Below are positions 38,690-48,492 of a stretch of 64,000 nucleotides of DNA, piece by piece. The notes below the pieces were generated by a model, which was given only the letters and a program-made list of their open reading frames with translations, had not been told where the DNA came from and ran no database searches. The position numbers were made by a program, and so were the translations under genes. Source of the DNA: Candidatus Nomurabacteria bacterium (lineage in GTDB: Bacteria; Patescibacteriota; Minisyncoccia; Phycocordibacterales; UBA5272); NCBI GenBank assembly GCA_028286645.1, contig JAQBRF010000004.1, forward strand, positions 91,501-155,500. The letters run 5' to 3'. The stretch's first letter is position 1, and every line of letters starts with the position of its first letter.

Positions 38690-39798
38690 ATATATTAGAG
38701 TATATTAAATCTAATACCTATGAGCGTCTCGTCCGGTATCCACGGATTCCTGTTTTATATGCCGAAGCAATGAATGAGGGTTTACAAAATAATCCATATT
38801 TTGATCTTGCTGATTCTATTCCTAACCCCTCAATTATTGTTTATATTAATGATATTTATGAAGCGTGGATAAAAATATCAGGACGTGTTATTGTAAGCGA
38901 CCTTGAATCCATAAAAGAAATAGAAACAGCAAGCTTAAAGTGTATAGAAAGAAATCAATCTATTTTGGAGGATATCTTAAATTTAAAAGATGAATTATCT
39001 GACAAAGAGGTGATTATTGAAATGATTAAAAAAACAAATTCTGCGTCCTCAGATATATATAAGCATTTTATATTCTTTATAGATGAAAGTTTCAGAGTTT
39101 CTGATCAGGAAATAATCGAAAGCTTACAAAGTACTCGTCTGAAGTTAGACCTCCTAGTTACTGAATATTTATTTCCTGCCTTTGAAAGGTTAGTTAATGA
39201 ACTTGTTGAGGTTTATGATTTTCCTAAAGAAACAGTAGAAAAAATGACAACCTCTGAAATAATTGAATCTTTAAAAGATTATGATTATCTTATAAAACTT
39301 GAAAATATCAGTGCCCGACCTATATGTTTTTTGCTGGCAGACAATACCATTAAGGTCCTTTTCAGTAAAGAAGCAAAAGATGTGTGCTCTTATTTATATA
39401 AGCAAGACACAGATAAAAAAATATTTGATCAGGCTTTAGAAAGTAAAACCTTAAAAGGAAATATTGGTAACCAAGGAAAAGTTCGAGGGAAAGTTAGAAA
39501 GCTTTTAGCTAAGGATTTCTTCAATAAAGATAAACTTGCTAATCTATCTCAAGGAGATAAGTTTGTTTTGGTTACTTCTATGACGGCTCCTGAGCTTGTG
39601 CCTTATTTTAAAAATGCAATTGCGTTTGTAACTGACGAAGGTGGGATCACATGCCATGCGGCGATTATCGCTCGCGAATTAAATATTCCTTGTATTATAG
39701 GAACCAAGGTAGCTACAGAAGTTATAAATGACGGTGACGACGTGGAAGTGGATGCATATAAAGGGTTAGTAAAAATAATTAATAATTTAAATAGATAA
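38686..39798 (+). CDS. PEP-utilizer protein with C-terminal phospho-His swivel domain
   Basis: TDEGGITCHAAIIARELNIPCIIGT. Confidence 0.85.
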   Translation: MNILEYIKSNTYERLVRYPRIPVLYAEAMNEGLQNNPYFDLADSIPNPSIIVYINDIYEAWIKISGRVIVSDLESIKEIETASLKCIERNQSILEDILNLKDELSDKEVIIEMIKKTNSASSDIYKHFIFFIDESFRVSDQEIIESLQSTRLKLDLLVTEYLFPAFERLVNELVEVYDFPKETVEKMTTSEIIESLKDYDYLIKLENISARPICFLLADNTIKVLFSKEAKDVCSYLYKQDTDKKIFDQALESKTLKGNIGNQGKVRGKVRKLLAKDFFNKDKLANLSQGDKFVLVTSMTAPELVPYFKNAIAFVTDEGGITCHAAIIARELNIPCIIGTKVATEVINDGDDVEVDAYKGLVKIINNLNR

Positions 39799-39800
39799 AC

Positions 39801-40832
39801 ATGTCAAATTTGCAAGAGTATAGATACATAATGAATCGCTCTTTATCACTTATTGCCTGTGAATTATGGGACAAAGGAGAAAGGCTAATGATGCCAGAAA
39901 AGCTAGCTCAAAAGATTTTCTTTGACCCTCTTTTTATTTACAGAATGAATAAGGCTGTAACAATCTATTATAATTTTACTGACCCGAAACAAAGTCTTAA
40001 TTCAGTCGCACAATACCTTAATGAAAATGAAAGTATTTTTGATGAATTAAAGGACCAATTTGATGTAGATTGCTATGAAATAAGACAAATGATAGATCGA
40101 AAAAAGCCTGAAGAATTTAATAATCTCTTCGAAAAAGTAATTTGTATTTGGCCATTAATTGCTATTAGCAATGTTTTAGGAGATGACAGGGATTATCTTC
40201 CAATTGTTAAAGAGAGTATGCGGGAAAAGTATTTGCTTATTAGGAAAGAAAGTGACGGTCTGTGGCAAAAAGGAGCCAAAATACTTCAAATACAAGCTGA
40301 ACATCTTATACCCCAGAAGTATTTACCATGGTCTGAGTTCCTTCTATCTAAGGAGGTTATTTCTAAAGAGTTGCCATCCATTACAGAACTAAAAAAAAGA
40401 AAAGATGGATATCTTTATCATAAGGGATCACTTTATGTAAATGAAACGACAGAGATCTATTTAAAAGATAACCAATATTTCCTTACCGAGAATGAAAAGC
40501 CTTCAGCGGAAGTTAAGATAATAAAAGGAATATCTGCCATGAAGGGAAAAGTAATAGGAAAAGTCAAAGTTATTTTTGAAAAGAAGGATATAAAAAAAAT
40601 TGAAAAGGGAGATATACTAGTCACTCCTATGACGTCTCCTAATTTAATAGAGGCCATGAATAGAGCTGCAGGATTTGTAACAGATGAAGGAGGTGTCACG
40701 TGTCATGCGGCGATTATCGCTCGCGAAATGGGAAAGCCTTGCATAATTGCGACAAAGATAGCAACCAAAGTGCTTAATGATGGAGATCTGGTTGAAGTGG
40801 ATGCAGATAGCGGAAGAGTTATAAAATTATAG
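39801..40832 (+). CDS. PEP-utilizer protein with C-terminal phospho-His swivel domain
   Basis: GDILVTPMTSP, TDEGGVTCHAAIIAREMGKPC. Confidence 0.85.
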   Translation: MSNLQEYRYIMNRSLSLIACELWDKGERLMMPEKLAQKIFFDPLFIYRMNKAVTIYYNFTDPKQSLNSVAQYLNENESIFDELKDQFDVDCYEIRQMIDRKKPEEFNNLFEKVICIWPLIAISNVLGDDRDYLPIVKESMREKYLLIRKESDGLWQKGAKILQIQAEHLIPQKYLPWSEFLLSKEVISKELPSITELKKRKDGYLYHKGSLYVNETTEIYLKDNQYFLTENEKPSAEVKIIKGISAMKGKVIGKVKVIFEKKDIKKIEKGDILVTPMTSPNLIEAMNRAAGFVTDEGGVTCHAAIIAREMGKPCIIATKIATKVLNDGDLVEVDADSGRVIKL

Positions 40833-40932
40833 AATTAATATTTAAATATAAAGGAAAAGGGCTTATTGACTTTCTGTACATAATATGGTATACTATGTAT
40901 TGATCTAGTTACCCATAACAGGGAGTTGAAAC

Positions 40933-41514
40933 ATGGACCAAAATCGTGAAATCTGGCTTGCTCGCCACTTTCCTGCGGAAAACACAGGCGAGGTCGGCTG
41001 GCAGCAAAACGCCAAGCTTCGCCCGGAAGCAGAGAACATGGCCGAACGCGTGAAGGTGGCATATCTGCAATCGGTGTCGTTTGCTGCATTCGGCTGCTCC
41101 ATGATGGACCGGGCTCACGCGAGTCTCGGGCTCCTGTTTTTGGAGATAGGGAATGGCAACAAGGTGCCGGTGACTTGTCAGAGCCTCGGCCCGCTTAATC
41201 CCGACGAGTGGGGGTTTTTCGGACAACTGAAGACCGGAACCATCGAGGAAATACACGAGCATGCACCAGAAGGTCTGCTCGACCGCGAAGGTGTACGCGT
41301 TCTGGAGAGAGGCGTTATCATGTTCGCCGACGCCTGGCTTCAGCCCGGAGAGAAAGCTTTCCTCGTTTCCCATACGCCCTTTATAGAAGGTGCACTCGCC
41401 GCTCTCAAGGGTTACTGGGATCTCGAGTTCACGATGGGAAAAGGCGACATCCTCGTCTTCACCATTGGCGAACGCGGCGTCGAAAGCACTCGGCATCTGA
41501 TAGTTCCGAAGTAG
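40933..41514 (+). CDS. Divergent histidine-phosphatase-fold protein (possibly SixA-like)
   Basis: IWLARH, S..DRA, LVSHTP; TTGACT-17-TATACT promoter, GGGAG SD. Confidence 0.6.
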   Translation: MDQNREIWLARHFPAENTGEVGWQQNAKLRPEAENMAERVKVAYLQSVSFAAFGCSMMDRAHASLGLLFLEIGNGNKVPVTCQSLGPLNPDEWGFFGQLKTGTIEEIHEHAPEGLLDREGVRVLERGVIMFADAWLQPGEKAFLVSHTPFIEGALAALKGYWDLEFTMGKGDILVFTIGERGVESTRHLIVPK

Positions 41515-41558
41515 CGTTCGTGCTCCTGTGGTATTTTAGCCGGCGGCTCTATGCGCCG

Positions 41559-41617
41559 GCTCTTTCTTTTTATATTATAGTTTGACTTACTAAAAATAAG
41601 ATGTAGTGTTTGGGTAA
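41559..41617 (+). repeat. 59-bp direct repeat, copy 2
   Basis: Near-identical to 35317-35375. Confidence 0.9.
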
Positions 41618-41640
41618 ACTCATTCACCTGCGGGGCAGCT

Positions 41641-42153
41641 ATGAAAAGGACGGTAGAATCTGGGAAATTGCATTTGCCGGAGCTCGCGAAATATCTGCAA
41701 ATGTGCCGGCTCATGATGAAGCCTCGCCTTAACCAGCGAGAATTCTCACAAAAGATCGGCACTAGTGATCATGTGGTGATTGATCTGGAATGTGGCGTAA
41801 CCATGGACCCGAAGCGAGCCATTCTGGAAAAATGGGCCAAAGTGACTGGAGGCTCATACACCAGGATGGTTCAGATTCTGACCTTCGAGAAGTTCGGCAT
41901 TGCGGTGGTTCCTTCAACGTGCGGGAGTGTCTGGTCTTCGCAAATCCTTCAGATGGGGGGAGAGTTGGTAATGGTGACACTGCAGAAATGCGAACCGTTG
42001 CCTTTCCTCTTCTCGGCATCAAAGCAGGAAAGCGATAAGAAGTTCCAGTCTCGGAAACGAGCAACAAGGGATGAGATCGAAAGGTTCAAGGAAACTCCGC
42101 GTCCAACCATGTCTGTAGGGCGCGTTGTTTCCGGACGATCCACACGTGGCTAA
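41641..42153 (+). CDS. XRE-type HTH protein
   Basis: LNQREFSQKIGTSDHVVIDLECG...PKRAILEKWAK; terminator at ~42178-42205. Confidence 0.7.
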   Translation: MKRTVESGKLHLPELAKYLQMCRLMMKPRLNQREFSQKIGTSDHVVIDLECGVTMDPKRAILEKWAKVTGGSYTRMVQILTFEKFGIAVVPSTCGSVWSSQILQMGGELVMVTLQKCEPLPFLFSASKQESDKKFQSRKRATRDEIERFKETPRPTMSVGRVVSGRSTRG

Positions 42154-42243
42154 TAAGCTTTCAAGAAAATGTATTCAAAGGCCTCCGAGGAGGGCCTTTT
42201 CTTTTCCCTAGCAACTAATAACCATTAACTATAAACTATCCCC

Positions 42244-42693
42244 ATGTATATTTTATTTGCATTCTTAGGCGCCATCATGGCTTCGCTCGGAACCATATTT
42301 GCGAAGATCGGATTAAAAGGAGTTGATGCAAATTTACTAACAGCAATCCGAGGAATTACTATGGCAGTTATTGTTTCTGTCGCAGCTCTGTCTTTTGGAA
42401 AGCTTTCAGTTGTATCGCTTGCGGCACTTACTCCTAAGCAATGGACCTTCGTGCTTCTCTCAGGTTTAGCCGGAGGATTGTCATGGCTTTTCTTTTATCA
42501 CGCATTAGCATTCGGTCCGATAGTTCCTGTGACAGTAATAGACAAATTTTCTATTGTTCTTGTGGCAATTTTGGCTACATTAATCCTTTCGGAAAAGATT
42601 ACTCTTCAAGCGGGCGTTGGGCTTATTATGATTACAATTGGAACAGTCTTAGTATCAATACCAATAGAAAAGATCATAAGTGTCTTTAAATAG
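42244..42693 (+). CDS. Single-domain EamA-like transporter
   Basis: IFAKIGLKGVD, LSWLFFYHAL, IDKFS, LSEK; about 5 TM segments. Confidence 0.88.
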   Translation: MYILFAFLGAIMASLGTIFAKIGLKGVDANLLTAIRGITMAVIVSVAALSFGKLSVVSLAALTPKQWTFVLLSGLAGGLSWLFFYHALAFGPIVPVTVIDKFSIVLVAILATLILSEKITLQAGVGLIMITIGTVLVSIPIEKIISVFK

Positions 42694-42717
42694 ATGATTT
42701 TGTTATAATTTGATTCT

Positions 42718-44655
42718 ATGACGACAAACGAAATCCGTACGAAATTCTTGGAATATATGAAAGACAAGGGACATGCTATTGTCCCTTCAGCTTCTTTAGT
42801 TCCAGAAAACGATCCCACCACTTTATTTACTGGTTCGGGGATGCAGCCTATGCTTCGCTATTTCTTAGGTGAACAACACCCGTTGGGAAAGAGAGTTGCG
42901 GACTCGCAAAAGTGTTTCCGTTCACAAGATATAGAAGAAGTGGGAGATAATCGTCATACAACATTTTTCGAAATGTTGGGCAATTGGTCTTTCGGAGATT
43001 ATTTTAAAGAAGAACAGATCAAGTGGATGTGGGATTTTTTAATTGATGAATTAAATCTAAATCCTAAAAATTTCTATACTACATGTTTTAAAGGAAATAA
43101 TGCTCTGGGAATCCCAAGAGATACCTTCTCCGCCGACTTATGGCAGAAGCTGTTTGCGGAAAAAGGCCTAGATGTAACCATAGGAGAAAATCCTGAAGTT
43201 GATGGGATGAAAGAAGGACAGCATATTTTTTATTATGATGAAAGTAAAAATTGGTGGAGCCGTTCAGGAAAGCCGGGCGGTATGCCAGAGGGAGAGCCAG
43301 GAGGACCTGATACTGAAATGTTTTATGACTTTGATCCAGACCTTTCAAAGCAGATTCATGCTAAATCAAAATGGAGCAGCGAAGTTTGTCATGTGAATTG
43401 TGACTGCGGAAGATTTATGGAAATTGGGAACAATGTGTTTATGCAGTATAAAAAGACCGCTAATGGTTTCGCGGAGCTTCCACAAATGAATGTAGATCAC
43501 GGTTCAGGACTTGAACGATATGCCGCAGCGTTACGAAATGATCCAGATATGTTGGCAATTGATGTATTTGATGAACCTAGAAAAACAATTGAAGAGTTAT
43601 CGGGAAAAAATTATGGGGCAAACGAAGATGAAACTTATGCTTTTAGAGTTATCTTAGATCATCTTCGCGCGGCGACTTTCTTGATAGGAGATGGGATTCT
43701 TCCAGGAAACAAAGATCAGATGTATTATGTTAGACGCTTGATTCGTCGTGCCGTACGATTCGGAAATAAACTGGGTATAAATGAATCATTTACTAAGCGA
43801 GTCGCTGACTCATACATAGAAACATATAAAAAAGAATATAAAGTCTTAGAAGAAAAGAAAGATTTAATTCTTTCTGAAATGGAGAAAGAAGAAAGTAAAT
43901 TCCGATTAACTCTGGAAAAAGGAATAAAGGAGTTTGAAAAGATTGCAACGAAAGATATTTCCGGAATTGATGCATTTAACCTTCTTCAGTCTTACGGATT
44001 TCCAATCGAATTAACAGAAGAGCTAGCCGCCGAGCGCGGAATAAAAGTAGATCGCTCAAGTTTTGACGAAGCAAAGAAAAAGCATGCAGAAGAATCCCGT
44101 ACAGCTTCAGCTGGAAAGTTTAAAGGAGGATTGGGGGGCGATGGAGAAATAGAAACAAAGTATCATACGGCTACACATTTACTTCACGAAGCCTTGAGAC
44201 AGGTACTAGGCGAACACGTTCTCCAAAAAGGATCTAACATTACATCAGAACGACTACGCTTTGATTTCTCATTTGATAGGAAAATGACAGATGACGAAAA
44301 GAAAAAAGTGGAAGATATAATCAATGATGTTATCAAACAAGATCTGCCAGTACATAGAGAAGAAGTTACATATGAGGAAGCGAGAGAGCGAGGAGCTATA
44401 GGAGTGTTTGATGAAAAGTACGGAGAGAAAGTAAGTATTTATACAGTAGGAGAGCCCGGAAAGCGTGGTACTGCTAAATTATTCTCAATGGAGTTTTGTG
44501 GTGGGCCCCACGTGAATTCCACAGGCGAACTCGCCGTAGGTGGAATTCATCCACCTGACAGCAGTCAAGGGGATAAACCTTATAGACATTTTGTAATACA
44601 AAAAGAAGAGGCGGTATCTGCTGGGGTTAGAAGAATAAAAGCAGTATTAGAATAA
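42718..44655 (+). CDS. alaS: Alanine--tRNA ligase (no C-Ala domain)
   Basis: DPTTLFTGSGMQP, HTTFFEMLGNWSFGDY, HTATHLLH, EFCGGPHV, AGVRRI. Confidence 0.97.
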   Translation: MTTNEIRTKFLEYMKDKGHAIVPSASLVPENDPTTLFTGSGMQPMLRYFLGEQHPLGKRVADSQKCFRSQDIEEVGDNRHTTFFEMLGNWSFGDYFKEEQIKWMWDFLIDELNLNPKNFYTTCFKGNNALGIPRDTFSADLWQKLFAEKGLDVTIGENPEVDGMKEGQHIFYYDESKNWWSRSGKPGGMPEGEPGGPDTEMFYDFDPDLSKQIHAKSKWSSEVCHVNCDCGRFMEIGNNVFMQYKKTANGFAELPQMNVDHGSGLERYAAALRNDPDMLAIDVFDEPRKTIEELSGKNYGANEDETYAFRVILDHLRAATFLIGDGILPGNKDQMYYVRRLIRRAVRFGNKLGINESFTKRVADSYIETYKKEYKVLEEKKDLILSEMEKEESKFRLTLEKGIKEFEKIATKDISGIDAFNLLQSYGFPIELTEELAAERGIKVDRSSFDEAKKKHAEESRTASAGKFKGGLGGDGEIETKYHTATHLLHEALRQVLGEHVLQKGSNITSERLRFDFSFDRKMTDDEKKKVEDIINDVIKQDLPVHREEVTYEEARERGAIGVFDEKYGEKVSIYTVGEPGKRGTAKLFSMEFCGGPHVNSTGELAVGGIHPPDSSQGDKPYRHFVIQKEEAVSAGVRRIKAVLE

Positions 44656-44735
44656 TATATCAGTAGAAATTACTTATATTTGGCGCCTGCCTTATTTCAT
44701 CGCATTAAATCTAATTTAGTGTAAACTAAATACAC

Positions 44736-45230
44736 ATGGACCTGGATTTCAAAAGAAGTCAGTCAGTAAAACGCTTTGGTATCAAGCTTGAGTTCAGTTA
44801 TTGGCTCTTAGCTATCGCTTTTACACTCTTTACATTTATCATCACCCTTAATCCGGCCTTGGTAAAAGCAGATCCTTATCTCTCGCTTCAATTGTCACTG
44901 TGTATTCCTCTTTATTTTAGTTCAATTTTTGCCCGGGCAAAGATAAGCCTCAATCCACAAAAAGTTCTTTTATGGGAGGAATATGGATTTATAGTTTTTA
45001 TGTTGGCATATGGTATGACTATAAATGTCATCGGTATTCTTTTAACAAATCTTGTTAGTCTCCATATCGGACTGTATTTCTGGGGCACAAACATTCTGGC
45101 TTCACTTATTTATACGGCAATGGAGGTGCATACCCACGAAGCTATATTAATGGCGAAATTACCTAAAGATATATATTTTATTTTGATTTTACTTATTCTC
45201 GGCATACTGCCATCTCTTGGTTTGTACTAA
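44736..45230 (+). CDS. Hypothetical multi-pass membrane protein
   Basis: About 5 hydrophobic segments. Confidence 0.65.
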   Translation: MDLDFKRSQSVKRFGIKLEFSYWLLAIAFTLFTFIITLNPALVKADPYLSLQLSLCIPLYFSSIFARAKISLNPQKVLLWEEYGFIVFMLAYGMTINVIGILLTNLVSLHIGLYFWGTNILASLIYTAMEVHTHEAILMAKLPKDIYFILILLILGILPSLGLY

Positions 45231-45329
45231 ACTTCTATAATACTTTTAAATATATGAGAAGAATTTGTATAATGTGGTAATTTTTGTATTTCACTAGCAA
45301 CTAGTAACGTGTAACTATATACTATTATT

Positions 45330-45713
45330 ATGAATCCATATTTATCAATTTCTGTTGGAGACTCTGCGACATTGATACATTATATTGTTGACGGAGAAAT
45401 AGTTGTATCACATACGCATCCAATTGGATTCAAAAATATTGAAGCTGAAGGAATGAATGTAATCGCGGGATCGAAATTAGTAGATGGAATACTTTACGCG
45501 CTAGAATTCATATCTTTACACGATAGAATTCCTACGAACTTTAAATTAATCGCTCCAAGATATGCAACATGGATAGGCGAAGTGATAGAGAACACATCTT
45601 ATTCACAGTTCTACACGAATGGCGCACCAGTAAGTGTTACACTTGAGGGTACAGAAGAAGCTCCTTTCTCTTATGCAAGACATACGCAAACCATATTCTC
45701 GTTCAAGGTCTAA
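45330..45713 (+). CDS. Hypothetical protein
   Basis: 127 aa; TATACT 6 nt upstream. Confidence 0.6.
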   Translation: MNPYLSISVGDSATLIHYIVDGEIVVSHTHPIGFKNIEAEGMNVIAGSKLVDGILYALEFISLHDRIPTNFKLIAPRYATWIGEVIENTSYSQFYTNGAPVSVTLEGTEEAPFSYARHTQTIFSFKV

Positions 45714-47058
45714 CCGCGAACTAAATAACAAAGTGACAGAATTCGAAAAGCACTCATATCCTAGAGATACATTTGAAGAGGATGCTGAACCTGCGCCTAT
45801 CTCTATCCCTATTAAAAGATCTCGCCGCGACATCCATAGCATGGAAATGTACCCTCGCCGCCGAGCCGATGATCTTGAAAGAAGAGACGGATCCGACAGG
45901 AGAGACACTATAACTGGAGCTAGACGGCGAAAGGGAAGCGCGGGTACTTGGATTTTTATATTAGTTGTGGTGGCTCTCGCCGTGGCGGCATATCTTTTGA
46001 CGTATGTATTTAATAGCTCCACAATTACTATTGTACCGAAATATCAAGATATAGATGTAAATAAAACTATTACTTTTAGTAAAGAAGGAAGCGGGGTAGA
46101 AGGAGTGAGTTTTATAGTCGCGACATCTTCAATTACAAAATCAAAAGCTTTGCCACTATCAGAAACAAAGCAAGTACAAGCTAAAGCTCAAGGTAAAGTA
46201 ATTATTTATAACAATTACGATACTAATCCTCAAAGATTAATTAAAAATACTCGCTTTGAATCTTCTTCAGGAAAGATTTATCGCATAAATGAATCTGTAA
46301 CAGTGCCTGGTAAGACCGGGTCAACTCCTGGAAGCTTAGAAGTTACGATTTATGCTGATAGTTACGGAGCGGATTATAATAGTGCGCCGACGGATTTCAC
46401 AATACCCGGATTTAAAGGCGGCCCAATGTATAGCGCTTTCTTTGCAAGATCTGACGGACCTATTTCTGGAGGAGCGTCAGGAAATGTATCTCTAGCTTCA
46501 TTGTCTGATATTAATGCAGCAAAAGATGCTCTTGCTCTTGAATTAATAGCAAAAGTTAAAGATGATCTTTCTGGAGTAAAAAAGGATGGGTATGTCGGCA
46601 TGTACGGGGCAATAGACGTAATCTATGAAGACAATGAAGCTGCTCTGCTTGCAGGAAATACTTCAACTTATGAAGTTACGGCAACCGGATACCTTATGCT
46701 TGCGAATAATAACGAGCTTGCGAAGAATCTCGCACAGGAGATCAGGGATTATCCAGGAGATATGGTGAGGCTAGGGTACGAGGATACTTTAACCTTCACA
46801 AGAAAGGATACAGATCATATTAATGCAAATGATTCCCTGTCTATTTTAGTAGAAGGAAAACCAAGAATAATTTGGGTAATTAATCAAGATGATATTAAGA
46901 CTCTTCTTGCCGGAAAGAATCGGTCAGAGTTTGAACCGCTTATGAAATCTAATAAAAGTATTGAAGGAGCAGAGATTGGGTTCTCTCCGCTGTGGCTTAC
47001 TAAGTTTCCGGCTGATACAAGTAAAATCGGAGTTGTAGAATCTCTGCCAAAGCGTTGA
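45673..47058 (+). CDS. Single-pass membrane protein with large extracellular beta-rich domain
   Basis: Charged N-terminus, TM, AQGKVIIYN...LIKNTRF...VTVPG...FTIPGF. Confidence 0.75.
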   Translation: MQDIRKPYSRSRSNRELNNKVTEFEKHSYPRDTFEEDAEPAPISIPIKRSRRDIHSMEMYPRRRADDLERRDGSDRRDTITGARRRKGSAGTWIFILVVVALAVAAYLLTYVFNSSTITIVPKYQDIDVNKTITFSKEGSGVEGVSFIVATSSITKSKALPLSETKQVQAKAQGKVIIYNNYDTNPQRLIKNTRFESSSGKIYRINESVTVPGKTGSTPGSLEVTIYADSYGADYNSAPTDFTIPGFKGGPMYSAFFARSDGPISGGASGNVSLASLSDINAAKDALALELIAKVKDDLSGVKKDGYVGMYGAIDVIYEDNEAALLAGNTSTYEVTATGYLMLANNNELAKNLAQEIRDYPGDMVRLGYEDTLTFTRKDTDHINANDSLSILVEGKPRIIWVINQDDIKTLLAGKNRSEFEPLMKSNKSIEGAEIGFSPLWLTKFPADTSKIGVVESLPKR

Positions 47059-47095
47059 TAATAAGGAACATTACTGATACAATAGTTAGTACTTT

Positions 47096-47308
47096 ATGGC
47101 AGATACCGATATAGATACAATAGAAGGTCGCGTAATAGAAGCTCTTCCCAGTACTCTTTTCCGCGTAGACACTGGAAATGGAAAAATTATGCTCTCATAT
47201 TTAGGAGGAAAAATGAGAATTCATAAAATAAAAGTATTAGTTGGAGATAAAGTTTTAGTGCAGGTGGATCCATACGGAGGCAAGGGGAGAATTATCAAGC
47301 GTATATAA
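47096..47308 (+). CDS. infA: Translation initiation factor IF-1
   Basis: EGRVIEALP, GKMRIHKIKVLVGDKV. Confidence 0.96.
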   Translation: MADTDIDTIEGRVIEALPSTLFRVDTGNGKIMLSYLGGKMRIHKIKVLVGDKVLVQVDPYGGKGRIIKRI

Positions 47309-47504
47309 AAGATAATTTTCAATCGACAGTTCTCAATTCCCACTTAGTTTTCAATGAATTAATGTTTAAAAGTTGAAGAATTGTTTATTATTGAAATGAT
47401 GAATTGATAATTGTAAAGAAGGCCTCTGGTCTGTCTCCGGGGAGTCTTTAGGATTTGATTTGCAAAAAATCACAAAATATACTATAATTATAACCACTTT
47501 TCTC

Positions 47505-47618
47505 ATGAAAATAAGATCGTCAATAAAGCCAATTTGTTCAAAGTGTCAGATGATAAAGCGAGGCGGAGTGCTTCGCGTAATTTGTGTTACTCCTAAACAT
47601 AAGCAGGCTCAAGGATAG
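47505..47618 (+). CDS. rpmJ: 50S ribosomal protein L36 (Zn-binding type)
   Basis: [37 protein letters not shown]; not in the ORF track. Confidence 0.96.
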   Translation: MKIRSSIKPICSKCQMIKRGGVLRVICVTPKHKQAQG

Positions 47619-47641
47619 TCTAAAAATAATTTATATCTTAT

Positions 47642-48022
47642 ATGCGTATCTCAGGTATTACTCTCCCAGAAAATAAAAGACTAGAAATTGCTTTAACTGC
47701 AGTTTATGGTGTAGGACGTCCTCGTGCCAAGATGATCATAAGCAAGCTTGGTCTTGAAGATGGAATGAAGACTACAGAATTGACAGGAGATCAAGAAAAT
47801 CAGATACGACGTGAAATTGAACTATTTAAGACGGAAGGAGATCTTAAGAGAGAGATGCAACAGAACATAAAGCGTCTTAAAGACATCAAGGCCTATAGAG
47901 GCATAAGGCACATTAGACATTTACCAGCGCGCGGGCAGAGAACAAAGACTAACAGCCGTACAGTTAGAGGTAACGTACGCCGCACGATGGGAAGCGGTAG
48001 AAGAAAGGCTGAGAAGACATAA
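47642..48022 (+). CDS. rpsM: 30S ribosomal protein S13
   Basis: MRISG, YRGIRH, RGQRTKTN. Confidence 0.98.
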   Translation: MRISGITLPENKRLEIALTAVYGVGRPRAKMIISKLGLEDGMKTTELTGDQENQIRREIELFKTEGDLKREMQQNIKRLKDIKAYRGIRHIRHLPARGQRTKTNSRTVRGNVRRTMGSGRRKAEKT

Positions 48023-48052
48023 AATACAATCTGAAATAAATACACATAACAT

Positions 48053-48487
48053 ATGGGAAAGAAAAGAATAGTAAAAAAGAATAGCTCTGGTGTAGATAAT
48101 GCGCTGAAAGCTCGATCACTTGCAAAGGTGATGAAAAAAAGGATTGTTGAAGGAACACTCTATGTTAATTCAACTTACAACAACACCAGGCTTTCTCTAG
48201 CAGATAGACAGGGGAATGTTATAGCCTGGTCTTCGTCTGGCGCTCTAGGGTTTAAAGGTGCAAAGAAGGGTACTCCGTTTGCTGCGTCAAAGATCGGAGA
48301 GCTCATCGGAGAAAAAGCTCAGCAAGCAGGAATAAAAGAAGTGATTGTAGTAGTAAACGGAGTAGGTTCAGGCCGAGAATCAGCTATCCGTGGATTTTCT
48401 ACATTCGGAGTAGAAATAGTTTCCATTATTGATAAAACACCGGTTCCACACAACGGGCCAAAGCCGCGTAAGCCGCGACATATTTAA
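48053..48487 (+). CDS. rpsK: 30S ribosomal protein S11
   Basis: STYNNT, GFKGAKKGTPFAA, TPVPHNG. Confidence 0.98.
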   Translation: MGKKRIVKKNSSGVDNALKARSLAKVMKKRIVEGTLYVNSTYNNTRLSLADRQGNVIAWSSSGALGFKGAKKGTPFAASKIGELIGEKAQQAGIKEVIVVVNGVGSGRESAIRGFSTFGVEIVSIIDKTPVPHNGPKPRKPRHI

Positions 48488-48492
48488 TATTT

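Noticed and set aside
40909-41496. 195-aa minus-strand ORF
   Set aside because: Antisense shadow of 40933-41514, which has expression signals and a recognisable motif
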